DNA of 63,992 nucleotides, filler included, from Folioceros fuciformis (lineage: Eukaryota), in assembly GCA_049999805.1 (NCBI GenBank). It is 4 parts of 3 records of this genome, joined end to end, with 100 filler letters (N's around TTAATTAATTAA, not from the genome) between each part and the next. Parts side by side here need not be neighbours in the genome. Positions count along the whole stretch, not along the records: positions 29,435 to 41,010 come from JBNGIO010005635.1; positions 41,111 to 46,742 come from JBNGIO010005636.1; positions 46,843 to 63,992 come from JBNGIO010005636.1; 1 more part is not named here. The stretch is one strand, 5' to 3'. Below are positions 40,026 to 51,454 of the stretch, in pieces. A program made the translations under genes and the position numbers. The notes under the pieces are model-generated. The model worked only from the letters and a program-made list of their open reading frames with translations. It searched no databases and had not been told where the DNA came from. The first letter of the stretch is position 1. Every line of letters starts with the position of its first letter.

Positions 40026-40459
40026 GCGGGCTGGTTGGCAAGGAGGCTGGGCTGGATCGCGGCAGGCTGGCAGACAAGCAGGCATCAAGGTGGCGCTGTA
40101 GGATCAAGCTGGGGCTGAGCCAGGGACCTCTATAGGCAGCTATGGTAGCAGTTGGAGAGTGCATTCGTTAGCAGGGAGAAGGTCCTCACTAAGGGTGAAC
40201 TGGAGTTGAAGGAAAGTTAGAACAATTGGAGGTCAAGAGTGTGGCATTGGATATGAGGGAGACCTTTCAGGAGTCCTTCAAAGAAGGAGCCTGGTTGTTA
40301 AATTTGAAGGGGCCAAGTCTGGTTCAAAAGGTGACAGCCGTAGTGTAGATAGCCGAGACGTGCCCAAGCTTGCACGACACCATGGCAAGCATTAGGAAAA
40401 GAAGCCATAGAGTAGAAGATGCAGAAAACAGGTTTCTATGGAAGTAGCACTCGAAGAAT

Positions 40460-40895
40460 ACTCGCCTAGGCTGCTTGGTCGAGCTGTTGGAACAGGCAAG
40501 AGATATGACCGAGCAAGGGTGCCTGGTGCACTGGGGCTGGGGTAGGCAGCTCCACGCCTTCCTATTGGTGTTTGTGAACCACAACAGGATAGTTGTGGAG
40601 GGGCCAGAATACGGCTTTGCCATCTACTTCTTGGAGTGGGTGCAAACCATACCCTACACGTGACAGGTGGAATTGCTAGTCATTGTGCTGGGGTTATGCA
40701 TGTGTGGGGCAAGTAGCACTAATGGAGGACCAGGTTGTTATATTGGAGGACTATGGGTGGAAAAGAGGCAGTGGCATTGGAATGTTGCTAAACTTTTGCG
40801 ATCATGTTGTACATGGTTACCATACGGGAAGGTGGAGTATAGCAAGGAATTTTGTTATGGCAATGCCCTATGTTGGAGATAAAGCCAACCTCTAG
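40460..40895 (+). pseudogene. Second decayed copy of the unidentified domain seen at 30770-31229
   Basis: EQARD..QGCL..GWGRQLH.FL.VFVNHNRIVVEGPEYGFAIYFLEWVQTIPYT...EDQVVILEDYGWKRGSGIGMLLN..DHVVH. Confidence 0.85.
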
Positions 40896-41010
40896 GTAAG
40901 TAACGGTCGTTAGGGTTAAGTGAAGCGTTATCTAGTCAAGTATAAAAGACACAACTCAAACACTTTTTGTATTCATTTTTATTTGTTTTGATGAAAGTTT
41001 ATCTTGTACG

Positions 41011-41110
41011 NNNNNNNNNNNNNNNNNNNNNNNNNNNNNNNNNNNNNNNNNNNNTTAATTAATTAANNNNNNNNNNNNNNNNNNNNNNNNNNNNNNNNNN
41101 NNNNNNNNNN
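41011..41110. other. Assembly gap with artificial linker
   Basis: N-run with TTAATTAATTAA. Confidence 0.95.
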
Positions 41111-42240
41111 GCCGCACTTTGCTTCTCATACAAGTCACACAGCTTCTGCCATAGCTCGAAACTTGTGGTCTTGTCTTTCACGTTGAAGTAGACCGACTTC
41201 GACACTGTTAGCATGATGGTAGACCTAGCAAGCTCATCTAGATCCTGCCACTCATCCTGAGTCATGCTAACAGGTTTCACTCCTAGCAGCTTGATGGGCT
41301 TGATCTGCTTCTTCTGTACTAGAACATTATACACTTGTTCTTTCCAGAACGGGAAGTTAGTACCATCTAACTTCTCGATATTGAACACGACGTTTTTGAG
41401 GAGGTCATGCTTCAAAATCGATCCAAATCAACCAAAAGGCTAGTTTGAAATTGGTCGAAATGAAATGTAGATTCTACAGGTTTCCCTCACAACTTCTTCC
41501 GAATCGTATGTCCACAACTTGGGCCTCTGTCGCTCATAACAGGAATGTCCTCCTATGTCTGATCGAGATCCTGACTTCCTCAGCCGGGGTCAATACGGCG
41601 CCCACACACTCGCTCCCGGCATCTGCGATTTGTTCACTTTCCGGCGCTCGTCAATCGGGTCCTCGCTTCACTGGCACGCTCGTTTCGCGCATCACGGGCA
41701 CCCACGTGGTGCCCGGTGGCGCCTAGGTGGCACCCGAGTGGCGCCCAAGTGGTGCCCAAGTGGCGCCGAGGTGGCGCCCGGTGGCGCCCAAGTGGCTCTC
41801 ACATGGCTCTTAGGTGGCGCCTGCATGGCGTCAGGGTGGCGCCTGCATGGCGCCCCTCCCCCTCCTAGATGGCCATCTTCATGGTCTTGCTCCACAACCT
41901 GCTCTGATACCACTTGTAGGACCACTAAAGGAGCATGGTGGAGGAGAGGAGAAGAGGAGGTAGAGAGGAGAGGAGAAAAAGAGGTCACATTGAGAGTGGT
42001 TGGCAAGGGAGCTCAAGGGGTATTTATACCCTCTAGAAGAGCTCCCTAGGAAGCTTCACAAGAAGCTCACAGGAAGCTGCGCAAGAAGCTTCCTACAGAT
42101 TAGCTTAAACTAATCTAAACTAATGATACTTAACTAGACACTAATCTTAGACTAAACACATTAGTCTAAGCACATTAACTAGACACTAATCTTAGACTAA
42201 ACAAATTAGCCTAAGCACATTGGGCTTTAATAACCCTACA
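41111..42240 (-). mobile_element. 5' end of a Ty1/Copia element: LTR 41915-42240, iMet PBS 41901-41912, gag N-terminus running into the gap
   Basis: TGTAGG...CCTACA inverted termini; TGGTATCAGAGC on the minus strand; IEKLDGTNFPFWKEQV..W..LDELARSTI.L..LWQKLCDLYEK. Confidence 0.9.
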
Positions 42241-42818
42241 AGGTGGAAAGGGCCAACCAGACCCCTGAAGATTGGATCAAGGGGGCGGGGCTAGAAGTTG
42301 GGGATTCAGGGACAAGGTGGAGGGGGAGCAGCTCAAGTCTGGCTCCGGCTCGAGTCTAGCTTTGAGCAGGGAGGCTGCAGTGGTCTGGACAGAGGTTAAG
42401 GGGCGCAGCCTGCCAGGAGAATACGTGCAGACAAAGCTGAGGGACGTGCGAACTACCCTATCCAGGTATCAAAGTCAGGAGTAATGCATCTCTCCTGTCC
42501 TGTGGTAAGCCAGATGACATAAGTGGCCTTTGGCTCTCCATCCACGAGCAGCACGCCTGGCTGCTTGTAGGCGGAAAGCCTAGTATAGGCGTGCTGTTAG
42601 CAGGTGGGAAGCCAAGTGATGGTTATGTTGGTAGAGATGGTGGGTTGTCGCTTCCAGTGCCAAGCTTACAAGGTGCCCACGCAAGGGCACTAGATGGGTA
42701 GCTCTGCTGGGTCATGGGCCTTGGCCAGCAGACTGGAGGGAAGGGTCTGAAGATGGTGGGTCTCTGAACGATTGCAGATGATCTAAGGGAAAGGAGAGGA
42801 TTGGAGAGGGGAAGAGGG

Positions 42819-43876
42819 TGTTGAGAGGCACTCGTGAGTTTTGGCAGTTTGGAGAGGTTTGATTAATTTTGATAAGAGCAACCATGGCCATAAGTCGGGG
42901 TTAGGTTAGGTTAGAGTCGGGTTAGGTCAGAGTTAGGTTTAGGATTAGGTCGGAGTTAGGTTTAGGGTTTTGACGAGTGGAGGGTTCTGTCTGAGGCATG
43001 CTGACCTGGTTAGGCAGTGACAAGGGTTCTTGGGCAAGGAGTTGGGCAAGGAGGTATAAGAGGCTAGGCCTGTCATTGAGGGAGGGGTTTTTTTTGGTGC
43101 GAGCACCCTTGACCTTGTGTGCAGGCTGCTGGGTTAGAGGGTTAATCCAGTGTGCAAATGCACCTCGACCTTGATTCCCCATGCCACTAGGGGAACGTGA
43201 CGGCTCCCAAAATTACTGAGATCTGGGTGACCTTTCTTGCATGCTGGTTGGGTGGTTGGGATACCTTGACGTCCCTAAGGGGTTTCCAAGGCAACGGATT
43301 GCAGGGCTGTGAGCCGAGGAGGCTATCCAGCCTGGGTCTGCACATCCCTGCCTCAAGGACTGCAAGTGAGGGGCTATTGTGTTCCAAAATCCAGGAGTGA
43401 GATGTGAGGGTGAAGGGGCTGAAGAGTTGAAGTGATGGAGTAGAGACTTGAAGTGCTGGAGTAGAGACCTGAGGTCTGGAGTTTGGAGTTGTTGTGATGG
43501 GGCTGAAGTTCTCAACCAGCTGCTGAGGTGGCTGGAATTTAGGGCTAAGAGTGGAGGTCGAGGCTAGGGCTAGGGCCTCCTCTTAGCTGCTGAAGCGGCT
43601 GATACTAGGAGCTGGAAGTGGGAGTTGAGGATGATGTTGAGTCCTCATTCAACTGGGGTCGTGGTTGGTGTTGAAGACAGGGTTCTGATCTTTTTGCTGT
43701 AGTGCGGTTAGGTCTAGGAGCCGGCTGATAGATAAGATTAGATTTGGGCAATGTGGGGAAGATTGTGGGGAACCTTGACACTAGTTCACTCCCTTGGGAG
43801 CGAATTCTAGTACTACAACGATAATAAGGGGGAAGTTTGGCCCTTAGTGGTTCTTGGGTGTAAGTTCCACTCCACA
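42819..43876 (+). repeat. 3' LTR (copy C) of the ~1-kb LTR family, with decayed internal sequence at 42241-42818
   Basis: PPT GGAGAGGGGAAGAGGG then TGTTGAGA...CACTCCACA; no PBS follows. Confidence 0.85.
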
Positions 43877-46742
43877 GTGTGCTCAAGAAATCTTGGAGGT
43901 CCAACCCTGGAACGCAGCAGTGGGCAAGTAGAATCTAGGAAAAGTATTTCTCGGGTAGTGTGAATGTAGCCAACACACACATCAAAGTGTGTGTGCTTAT
44001 GAGGAAGAAGGTGGATACAGTTTTTTACTACTGGATGCCAAAGGTGGGAGACTTCAGAGCCTTGCCTACGCGCTCCCTCCAGATAGGGGCCGCTACGGGG
44101 CACCAGCTTCCCGCTTTTTGGAATACCGTTAAGCTAAGGCCTCGGGTCATGCTGCAGGCGGGGCTGGGGTTAGACGAACTAGCCGGGAGAACGTTTCTTC
44201 AAGGGGCTAGGCACAATATGGTGTGCCATCGATTGGAAGATTCCTCTTCCATCCTGTTTGCGATCACATTGATTGAGTTGGGTGATGAGTGTAAAATTTG
44301 GGACAACAGTGTGTCACTGTGGATGGGGAAACCACAGGTGCTTCCCTACATTAGAGACGCAAAGTTTGGCAAAGGCAGAGTCACATTGGCATCTAGGGTG
44401 GTCTTCAAGGCTCATCTAGGGTTTTTGGGCTTACTCACGGCCCCGATCTCGATAAAACTACCAGGCACTTGGGAGCTCAGATGGGAAGAAGACATGTTAG
44501 TAGAGGACGCTGTGCTTACGGAGGTGGATCTTGACAATGACAAGCGCACCCGAAAAGCAGGGTCGGCATCAGTAAATACTTTCTGCGACCCTCCTAAAGA
44601 GAGCCAAGTTTCAACCAGGAGTTCAAACAAGTTGTTGCGCGGGTTTCAACTTGCATGCCACGTGAGTGCACCCCACGCGAGTGCACCAGCCAGGAGAGAC
44701 TTGAAGGCAGTATTTGATGCCACCAAGCCACATAGCGCCTCAAAGGTGTTACTGACCGCTTGTAGTAAGATTCCCACTGCGGTGGGTTTCTCTTGAGTAG
44801 CCCTGGACACTGTTCCTGAGGGGGTGGAGGAATGGTTGGTGCCCTCTGGTAAGCCTGTGGATGGTGGGAGTGTTCTGGCAGCTTGTAAGGGTGCAGGGCA
44901 GCAAGTTTGGAGACAAGTACACAAACATGAAGCTTTGAGCTCGACAAAAACTTTTGGGTCAGGCTCTCGTGAGATTGCTGCACTGGAGGATCAAGGCCTG
45001 GTGGTAGGTGCGCCTGTCGGGCATGAAAGTAGGAGGGAGTCGGGGGAGTCGATGGCACACCAGGGAGAGGTTGAGGATTGCCAAAACAACCCGATTCGGC
45101 AATAGGCTCTAGGGCCAGGCAACGACCTTGTTCACTATCAAGGGCTGGAGGTTGGTGGTGCCTCTCTGACCGTGCAAGGAGAGGAGGCGCCAGTGGTGGT
45201 CGAAAAGCCTGCAAGGGTAAGGGCGGTGTAGGATAGCGAGTCTGGGGGGTCAGTTGGTGTAGAGAGCTGTGCCGATTATTTGGCTCTGGAAGGATCCTTG
45301 GTGCTGGATCCGGCTGTTCATCCCTCTGGCCTTTTGGCGGTGGGCTTTGGGCTCCTCCCCGTGCCGGCAAGGGGAGGCGAGGGAAGCACACTTCAGGAGT
45401 AGACGGAGGGTGGATCCATCCGCGAAGCAGGTGTGGACGGTCTGGAAAGCCATCCTAGCAGGCGACTTCAACAAGCCTCTCCTGGGGCTCTGAACGACTG
45501 GCTTCTACAGGCATGATCCAGCGAGGCTTCTCCAGAACCGGGGGTTTGGGGATGTGGGGAAGTGGTGCAAGAATCTCCCATTGAGATGGTTTGGGAGGAC
45601 GAGGTCCTGGCTGCGAGGATTGCTGTCGAGGCAGTGGTCCAGCCTGTCGGGGGGGGGTCTTGGTGTCGGTGCAAGCATCATTGTCGCTGTCTTCTCTCAA
45701 GGATCAGAAGAACTGCTCCGATGAGAGAAGACAGAACTGCTCCGATGAGAGAAGAACTGCTAGATCTAGATCGGAGCAGTTCTAGCCACTGGTGCAGCTA
45801 GGATTGGGTGGAGGACGTCCCGAGGGCTGGCAGCAGCCATATGACAGGTGATCACAAAAACCTTGGGGTCGCTGTCAAAGATCGTGCTCCTTTAGTGAGG
45901 CATCTGAGTGAGGTGAATGAATGTCGACAGCTAGACCTGGGTGAGGCGAGTGCATTGTCGATTCTCGGTGATGGAAGTATCTAGGCAGAGTTTGTCCAAG
46001 ATGGCGAAGAGAGATTGGCTTCTTGGGTGCCCGCCACGTGCAAGAAGCCACCCCTTGGGTCAGCCCCTGGGGAGGCGGTCGTGGATCATCAAGTGGAGAA
46101 CCCGGCGGCCATGTTAACGATGGGATCTTAGGAGATGGGTAGGCAGGAAGATGGTGCTCGGGGTGACTTAGTAGCAAAGGGATGGGCGGTGCAAGCAAGA
46201 GGCAATAGGGTGTCACCGGGAGTGGAAAATAGGTCTGGAATTCTGTCTCATGAGAATTTCCTGGCCCACAACCTGGCTGTGAAGATTCAACAGCCTGCCC
46301 CTTTGACCAAACAATGAGAGGAGAAGACCGAATCGGTCGAAAGGATTTCCAGGACGAGGGCGGTGCAGGTCGGCGCCTATGGGGAGCTATTGGGTGCAGA
46401 GGAGGGGCCTGAATTGGTCAAAAGGCCGGTAAGGGCAAGGGAGGCATTGGACGGTGTCTCGGAGAAACTGCTGGGTGCAGAGGAGAAGCCTGAGTCAGAA
46501 AAAAGGCTTGCAATGGTAAGGGCGGTGCATGACGATGTTTCTAGGGAGCTTCTGGGAGCAGAAAGCAAAGCCAATAGTTTGGCTCAGGAGGGATCCTTGG
46601 CTATGGCTTTGGCTGATCAATCCACGGGCCTTTTGGCAGCGAGCTGAGGGCCCCTCTCCCTGCCGACAAAGAGAGACGAGGGAGGAGCTATTAAGGAGCC
46701 TCCGGTGCGGGGGCCCAACCGTGAGGCAGGGAAGGACGGTCT
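43877..46742 (-). mobile_element. Decayed TE-like coding region, possibly Ulp1/C48-protease-bearing (MULE/CACTA-type)
   Basis: IHLLPHKHTHFDVCVGYIHTTREILFLDS resembles the Ulp1 His..Asp core; internal repeat 45290-45443 vs 46590-46742. Confidence 0.3.
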
Positions 46743-46842
46743 NNNNNNNNNNNNNNNNNNNNNNNNNNNNNNNNNNNNNNNNNNNNTTAATTAATTAANN
46801 NNNNNNNNNNNNNNNNNNNNNNNNNNNNNNNNNNNNNNNNNN
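46743..46842. other. Assembly gap with artificial linker
   Basis: N-run with TTAATTAATTAA. Confidence 0.95.
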
Positions 46843-48928
46843 GTCCAACAGCAGGGCTATATGAGACTGGAAGTTGGGATCAGGATGGAGCAAAATGAGG
46901 CTAAGGGAGAGGAGAGGAAGAAAAAAACAAGAAGAGGCTAGGCGGATGGCTGAGACGCGCATCCCCAATGCCTCCTGCAGCATCCCAAACGACGCTCGAA
47001 TCTCCAACAACGCTTGATCTGCCAACTCTCTCAACCTCAACAACATGATCCTGCACACCACATCCACCCAAGAATCCACCCTCCTGCCTACTACTCAAAT
47101 CCATAGAGACAACAAAACTGGGAGCTGGAGAGGGGAGGGGGAAAGGAAGCGGAGCAAGAGGAGAATGGAGGAGGAAGGGAGAAAGGGAGAGAGGGAGAGG
47201 GGGATGGGGGCGGCCGCAACCCTTGCCTATAGCCCTAGCTAGGGCACAGCCTCAATGACCGTTCAGGCTAGCCAGGCAATCAGCCAGCCTGACCCCTGAT
47301 ACTGACATACCCTCTCGTTCGTTTGTTCACACCATTATTTTATTATTTAATATCATTCTAATCATTATTTTGTTATTTAATATCATTCTATTATTATTTT
47401 ATTATTTAATAATTATATCTTTAATTAATATTAAACTAATCACTAGACCTAGACTCAAACTTTCCCAACCCTATGGCCCAGTACCGGACCTAAACTTTCC
47501 CATGTCTAGGACCAGACCTATACCACTTTAATAACCAAACCAACTATTTCCTAGTCAATGAACCTAATTAGCACAAAGAAAAAAAGGAAAACTGACCAAA
47601 AAATAAAGAAAAATTAGGAAAAAGAAGTAGAAAAAGAAAACCAAACCATACCACTATTAACCCTTTTCAACCAAAACAAACTACTACCCCAAACTTTGGA
47701 GGTTTACATGCCCCTACTGCCCATAAGTGCAACAAAAAGGTTAGCCCGTGCGTTCATGACAGCCCTGCGTCTTTAATGCTCCTTCATTACGTTAAGATGG
47801 AATTTATCAAATTTACCCATCATCTCTTTCATCTTACTCGCTTGTTGTTCCACCTTCTTGGCTGCTGTCTTAGCCTCCTTCCTTGTCTGCTCCGGGTCTT
47901 TCTTGGCATGCACAGCCTCTTGTTCGCCCTTGCTAGCTCCTTGTTCTCTCGTACACGACTCTTCTTCTTTTCCACTTCACCTCTGAATTTCTTCTTTTTC
48001 CCCCTAGCGCACTCCTTTTCCGATGATCCTTCCTCCATGCAATCCTTTGTAGCATCTTTTGACAAGTTCTTTTCTTCTGAGGAGGATGAGGAAGTCCTTG
48101 TTTTTTTTCTTTTGCGGGACTTCCTCCTATCCTTCTTGGTTTTCTTCTCCTCCCTTCTCGTTTTCTTCATCTCCTGCAAGTCGGACTCTTCATAATCTAG
48201 TGCTGCCCTGGTTGCTCTGTCCTAACTCTTCTCCACTTGCAGCCTTATATGCCTCCCCATCTTAGAACCCAGCCCCTTAGCGAACCACTCTATTGCCTTA
48301 GTTTTGAATGAGGACCACTACGATCATGCTGACTGTAAAACCTCTCAACATATGCTTGTAGGGTTTCCTTCTTCTTCCGACACAACCTCTCAAGTTTGGA
48401 CAAAACATAGCTCTCCACATCAATTCCCCTAAACCTCTCACAAAAAGCGTCCTTCAATGCTTGAAAAATGATTGGGGGTGTCGCTGACTTCAGGTACTCG
48501 TGTGTGTACCACTTGGCTAGCCCTCCTCGAAGAACTCCATAAAACAGTTGGATGCGCTGTGCATCGCCTACCTCCTGGTTAGCAATTGTCAGCTGCTCAA
48601 AACACTCAACAAACTCATCAGGATCCTCATACCCCTTCTTCTCTCCATATAGTGGATAAGGTTGCTTGGTGGTGACAGCAACCGGCACTATGGTGGACAT
48701 GACTACCATGGATGACCCAGCAACCGTGGTTGATCCAGCAACGTTGCCTATAAGAGTTGGTTGGACTACAATAGTCTGCACACTCCTAGAAGAAAGATCA
48801 GAAGGCAAGGTTGGATCAAGGTCCCTTGGCCAAGCATCTCGGCCAAGACTAGAGTTTGGGGATCTTGCTCCAATAAGATCGAACCCCCAACCCCTAGTGG
48901 ATTCCTTACTCCCTTCCAGCAAGTGCAT
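46843..48928 (-). mobile_element. Ty3/Gypsy gag remnant followed by a PPT and probable LTR starting at 47708
   Basis: EDPDEFVECFE..LFYGVLRGGLAKWY..F..LKDAFCERF (retrotransposon gag); minus strand GGGCAGTAGGGGCA then TGTAAACC. Confidence 0.7.
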
Positions 48929-48989
48929 CTTCCGATTGGGCCCTTCTCAGCTCCTGGTCTACAGCCCTTTGCAACCTTTCCATTGCTTG

Positions 48990-49392
48990 ACGTTGTTGCT
49001 TTGCTTGGCTAAGTTACACAAAGGAGAAGCGGGAGGACATTTTGCTGCACACATCACGTGCAGGAAAATTTTTGAAACAGGGTACTGGTGGCCGAGCATG
49101 TATAAGGACACAAGAGAGTTTGTGAAGGGTTGTGATGCTTGCTACCAAGTGGGCAAGCAGTCAGCCACCACTCAATGGCCTTTGGTTCCTATCTTGGCCT
49201 TAGCCCCATTTGAAAAATGAGGGATTGACTTTGTGGGACCTATCGAACCCAAGACAAGGACCCACCAGAATCAGTACATCCTTGTGGCCACCAATTACTG
49301 GACACGTATGGTGGAGGCACAAGCTCTGCAGGTAGACACAGCTCATGTGGTGGCCAAATTCCTGTACGAGCAGGTGATTGCTCATTACGGGT
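48990..49392 (+). mobile_element. Ty3/Gypsy integrase fragment (H2C2 zinc-binding region and start of core)
   Basis: LHKGEAGGHFA..T.RKIFETGYWWPSMYKD..FVKGCDACYQ..PFEK*GIDFVGP. Confidence 0.9.
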
Positions 49393-49400
49393 GAAAGATG

Positions 49401-49846
49401 ACCAAAGAGTGGAAAGATGACCAACGACCTTAGTGTGCACGATGGGGAGGAAGCACCCAAGGGGAGGTATCTATGTATTGTGAGCTGTAATCACCCACTC
49501 ACATTGAGGGAGGGGGAGCAGGAAAGCTGCTCCTTTCGTCGATCTTATGTGAAGTGAGCCACCAAAGAGTGGAAAGATGATCAGTAGCCTTGGTGTGCAT
49601 AATGGGGAGGAAGCACCCAAGGGGAGGTATCTATGTATTGTGAGTTGTGATCACCCACTCACATTGAGGGAGGGGGGGCAGGAATGCTGCTCCCTTCATC
49701 GATCTCATGTGAAGTGAGCCACCAAAGAGTGGAAAGATGACCAGCAACCTTGGTGTGCACGATGGGGAGGAAGCACCCAAGGGAAAATATCTATGTATAG
49801 TGAGCTATGATCACCCACTCACATTGAGGAAGGTGGAGCAGGAAAC
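49401..49846. repeat. 160-bp tandem repeat, ~2.8 copies
   Basis: ACCAAAGAGTGGAAAGATGA at 49401, 49561 and 49721. Confidence 0.95.
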
Positions 49847-50669
49847 CTGAGAGATGTGGAGCCTATATGTTGGGAGGAACTAGAAACCCAACCTACTAGG
49901 CCAGTACTAGACTCATCCTACGACACGGGTAGGGAAGAAGATGGAGGAGTAGTTCCTCTCGCGAGCAAAAGGAGGGGGAACATGGATGGGAATGTTTACG
50001 TCCTCCTTGCTCTTCAAACCCATGGGCCCATGGCAAGGACTTTTCAAGGTTCGTCAAGGAGGGCACAAAGGTGTATGATATCTAGTTATAGGGATGAGGG
50101 TTCTTCCCCTTTTCTTAGTGGTGGCCTTCTTTCGACAATGCATATCCATTGCTTTGCAAAGATCATTGGCCAATGCGGTCTTTTGACCAGCAATAAGTGA
50201 AGGTCAAGCAACGTCTTCTGCGGCACTAGTGGTAGGTATGTATGCCTTTTTCATATTCCGCATCACAACATTTTTAGAGCAATGCGTAGTTCTAAGAATG
50301 ATGTTCAAAGCTAGTAGTACCCCTTTGGGCCTTGCCCAGGTTATTCCTCCTTAACTTTGGAGTAGATGGGATTTTCCATCCCTTTTTCAATAATAAAAAA
50401 TAATCTTTACCAAGGATGATTACATGCTAGAGAACATGGAAACAAAGTGCAAAAAATGTCTTAAAAAGAAATTGGATATTTTTAAAATCTTTTAGTGGAT
50501 AATAATATATGATAATCTAGAGCCATCGAAAACTTTATCATAAAGTATCGAAAATGAATGGTCTTCAAAGCCTATATATGTGGGGTGAGGTTAGTAGTTC
50601 TACACTTGCTTGCTTTCCACGTCTCTTTGTGGTACTACATCCTTGGTTCTTGGGCTTTCTCTTGCTCCT

Positions 50670-51014
50670 ATGGCTCTTGTGAAGATGTGTATGGTGTTGA
50701 AGCTTGTTTTGCTCATGATGATCTTGGTCTTGGGATTTGGAGGGGCCACGGTAATGTCCGAAGGCGGAGGCGCTACTACCAAGGCTGCTGCAACACACGT
50801 GGATTACGAATTCTGCTCCGATGCGAATGTGGTGGCTATGTGTGCTGGATCCGATTCAAAATTTCCACCTCATCCAACCGATAGTTGTTGTGCGTATTTG
50901 CATTTGGTTGGGACTAGGTGCATGTGCGAAGTTATGAAAGCTCACAATTGCGATCGCAACCAGATGTACAACTACATCCTTGATTGCAAATTTGACATAT
51001 CTCAACATTGTTGA
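50670..51014 (+). CDS. Secreted 8-cysteine-motif protein (nsLTP/prolamin superfamily-like)
   Basis: Signal peptide LKLVLLMMILVLGFGGA; C..C..PTDSCC..CMC..C..C..C pattern; intronless. Confidence 0.7.
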   Translation: MALVKMCMVLKLVLLMMILVLGFGGATVMSEGGGATTKAAATHVDYEFCSDANVVAMCAGSDSKFPPHPTDSCCAYLHLVGTRCMCEVMKAHNCDRNQMYNYILDCKFDISQHC

Positions 51015-51454
51015 TGACTCTGTCAAAAGATGGCTTGCAAAGGCATTTCCATCATGCAACTTTTATGTTCTACATTTAGTTTTGGTTCACATAGTTGTAA
51101 TGGATTTGTTAAGCAAGCCTTGTGTTCAAAAGTTGATGTAGGTATTAATTCTATGCAACTTTTATGTTGAGATATACTTTTAGCGCAGCAGCAAGGAGTT
51201 TGTAATGTTGATAGTAAAGAAAAGTTATTTTCAATAAAAAAATGAAAAAATTTGTGATCTAGTGCATGTAAAAATGCAGTTTTCTTTAGGACCCAAGCAT
51301 GCACCACTTGCAAAATAAAAAGTCATTCATGATGTATATATCCGAACCACTACAAATGTGTGGACCAGAAACATTTACTCGAAGGCCCAAAGCGTCTCCA
51401 TAAGGTAATTCGTACAAGGCTGATCTTTACACAGTCAGTTCATACGTTGATCGG

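Larger units (their letters stand above)
36400..40150. repeat. G-rich degenerate short-repeat region (GGCT/GGCA/GATC words), probably TE interior
   Basis: Strong low-complexity and strand bias; overlapping ORFs are Gly/Ala/Arg/Trp- or Pro-rich with no family motifs. Confidence 0.7.

Noticed and set aside
36600-40100. Many overlapping ORFs on both strands
   Set aside because: Expected from GC-rich low-complexity DNA; no motifs
43960-44796. 278-aa plus-strand ORF
   Set aside because: No ATG start or family motif; lies in decayed TE-like sequence
45455-45475. ILAGDFN as a LINE endonuclease motif
   Set aside because: Isolated; no other APE or LINE RT motifs nearby
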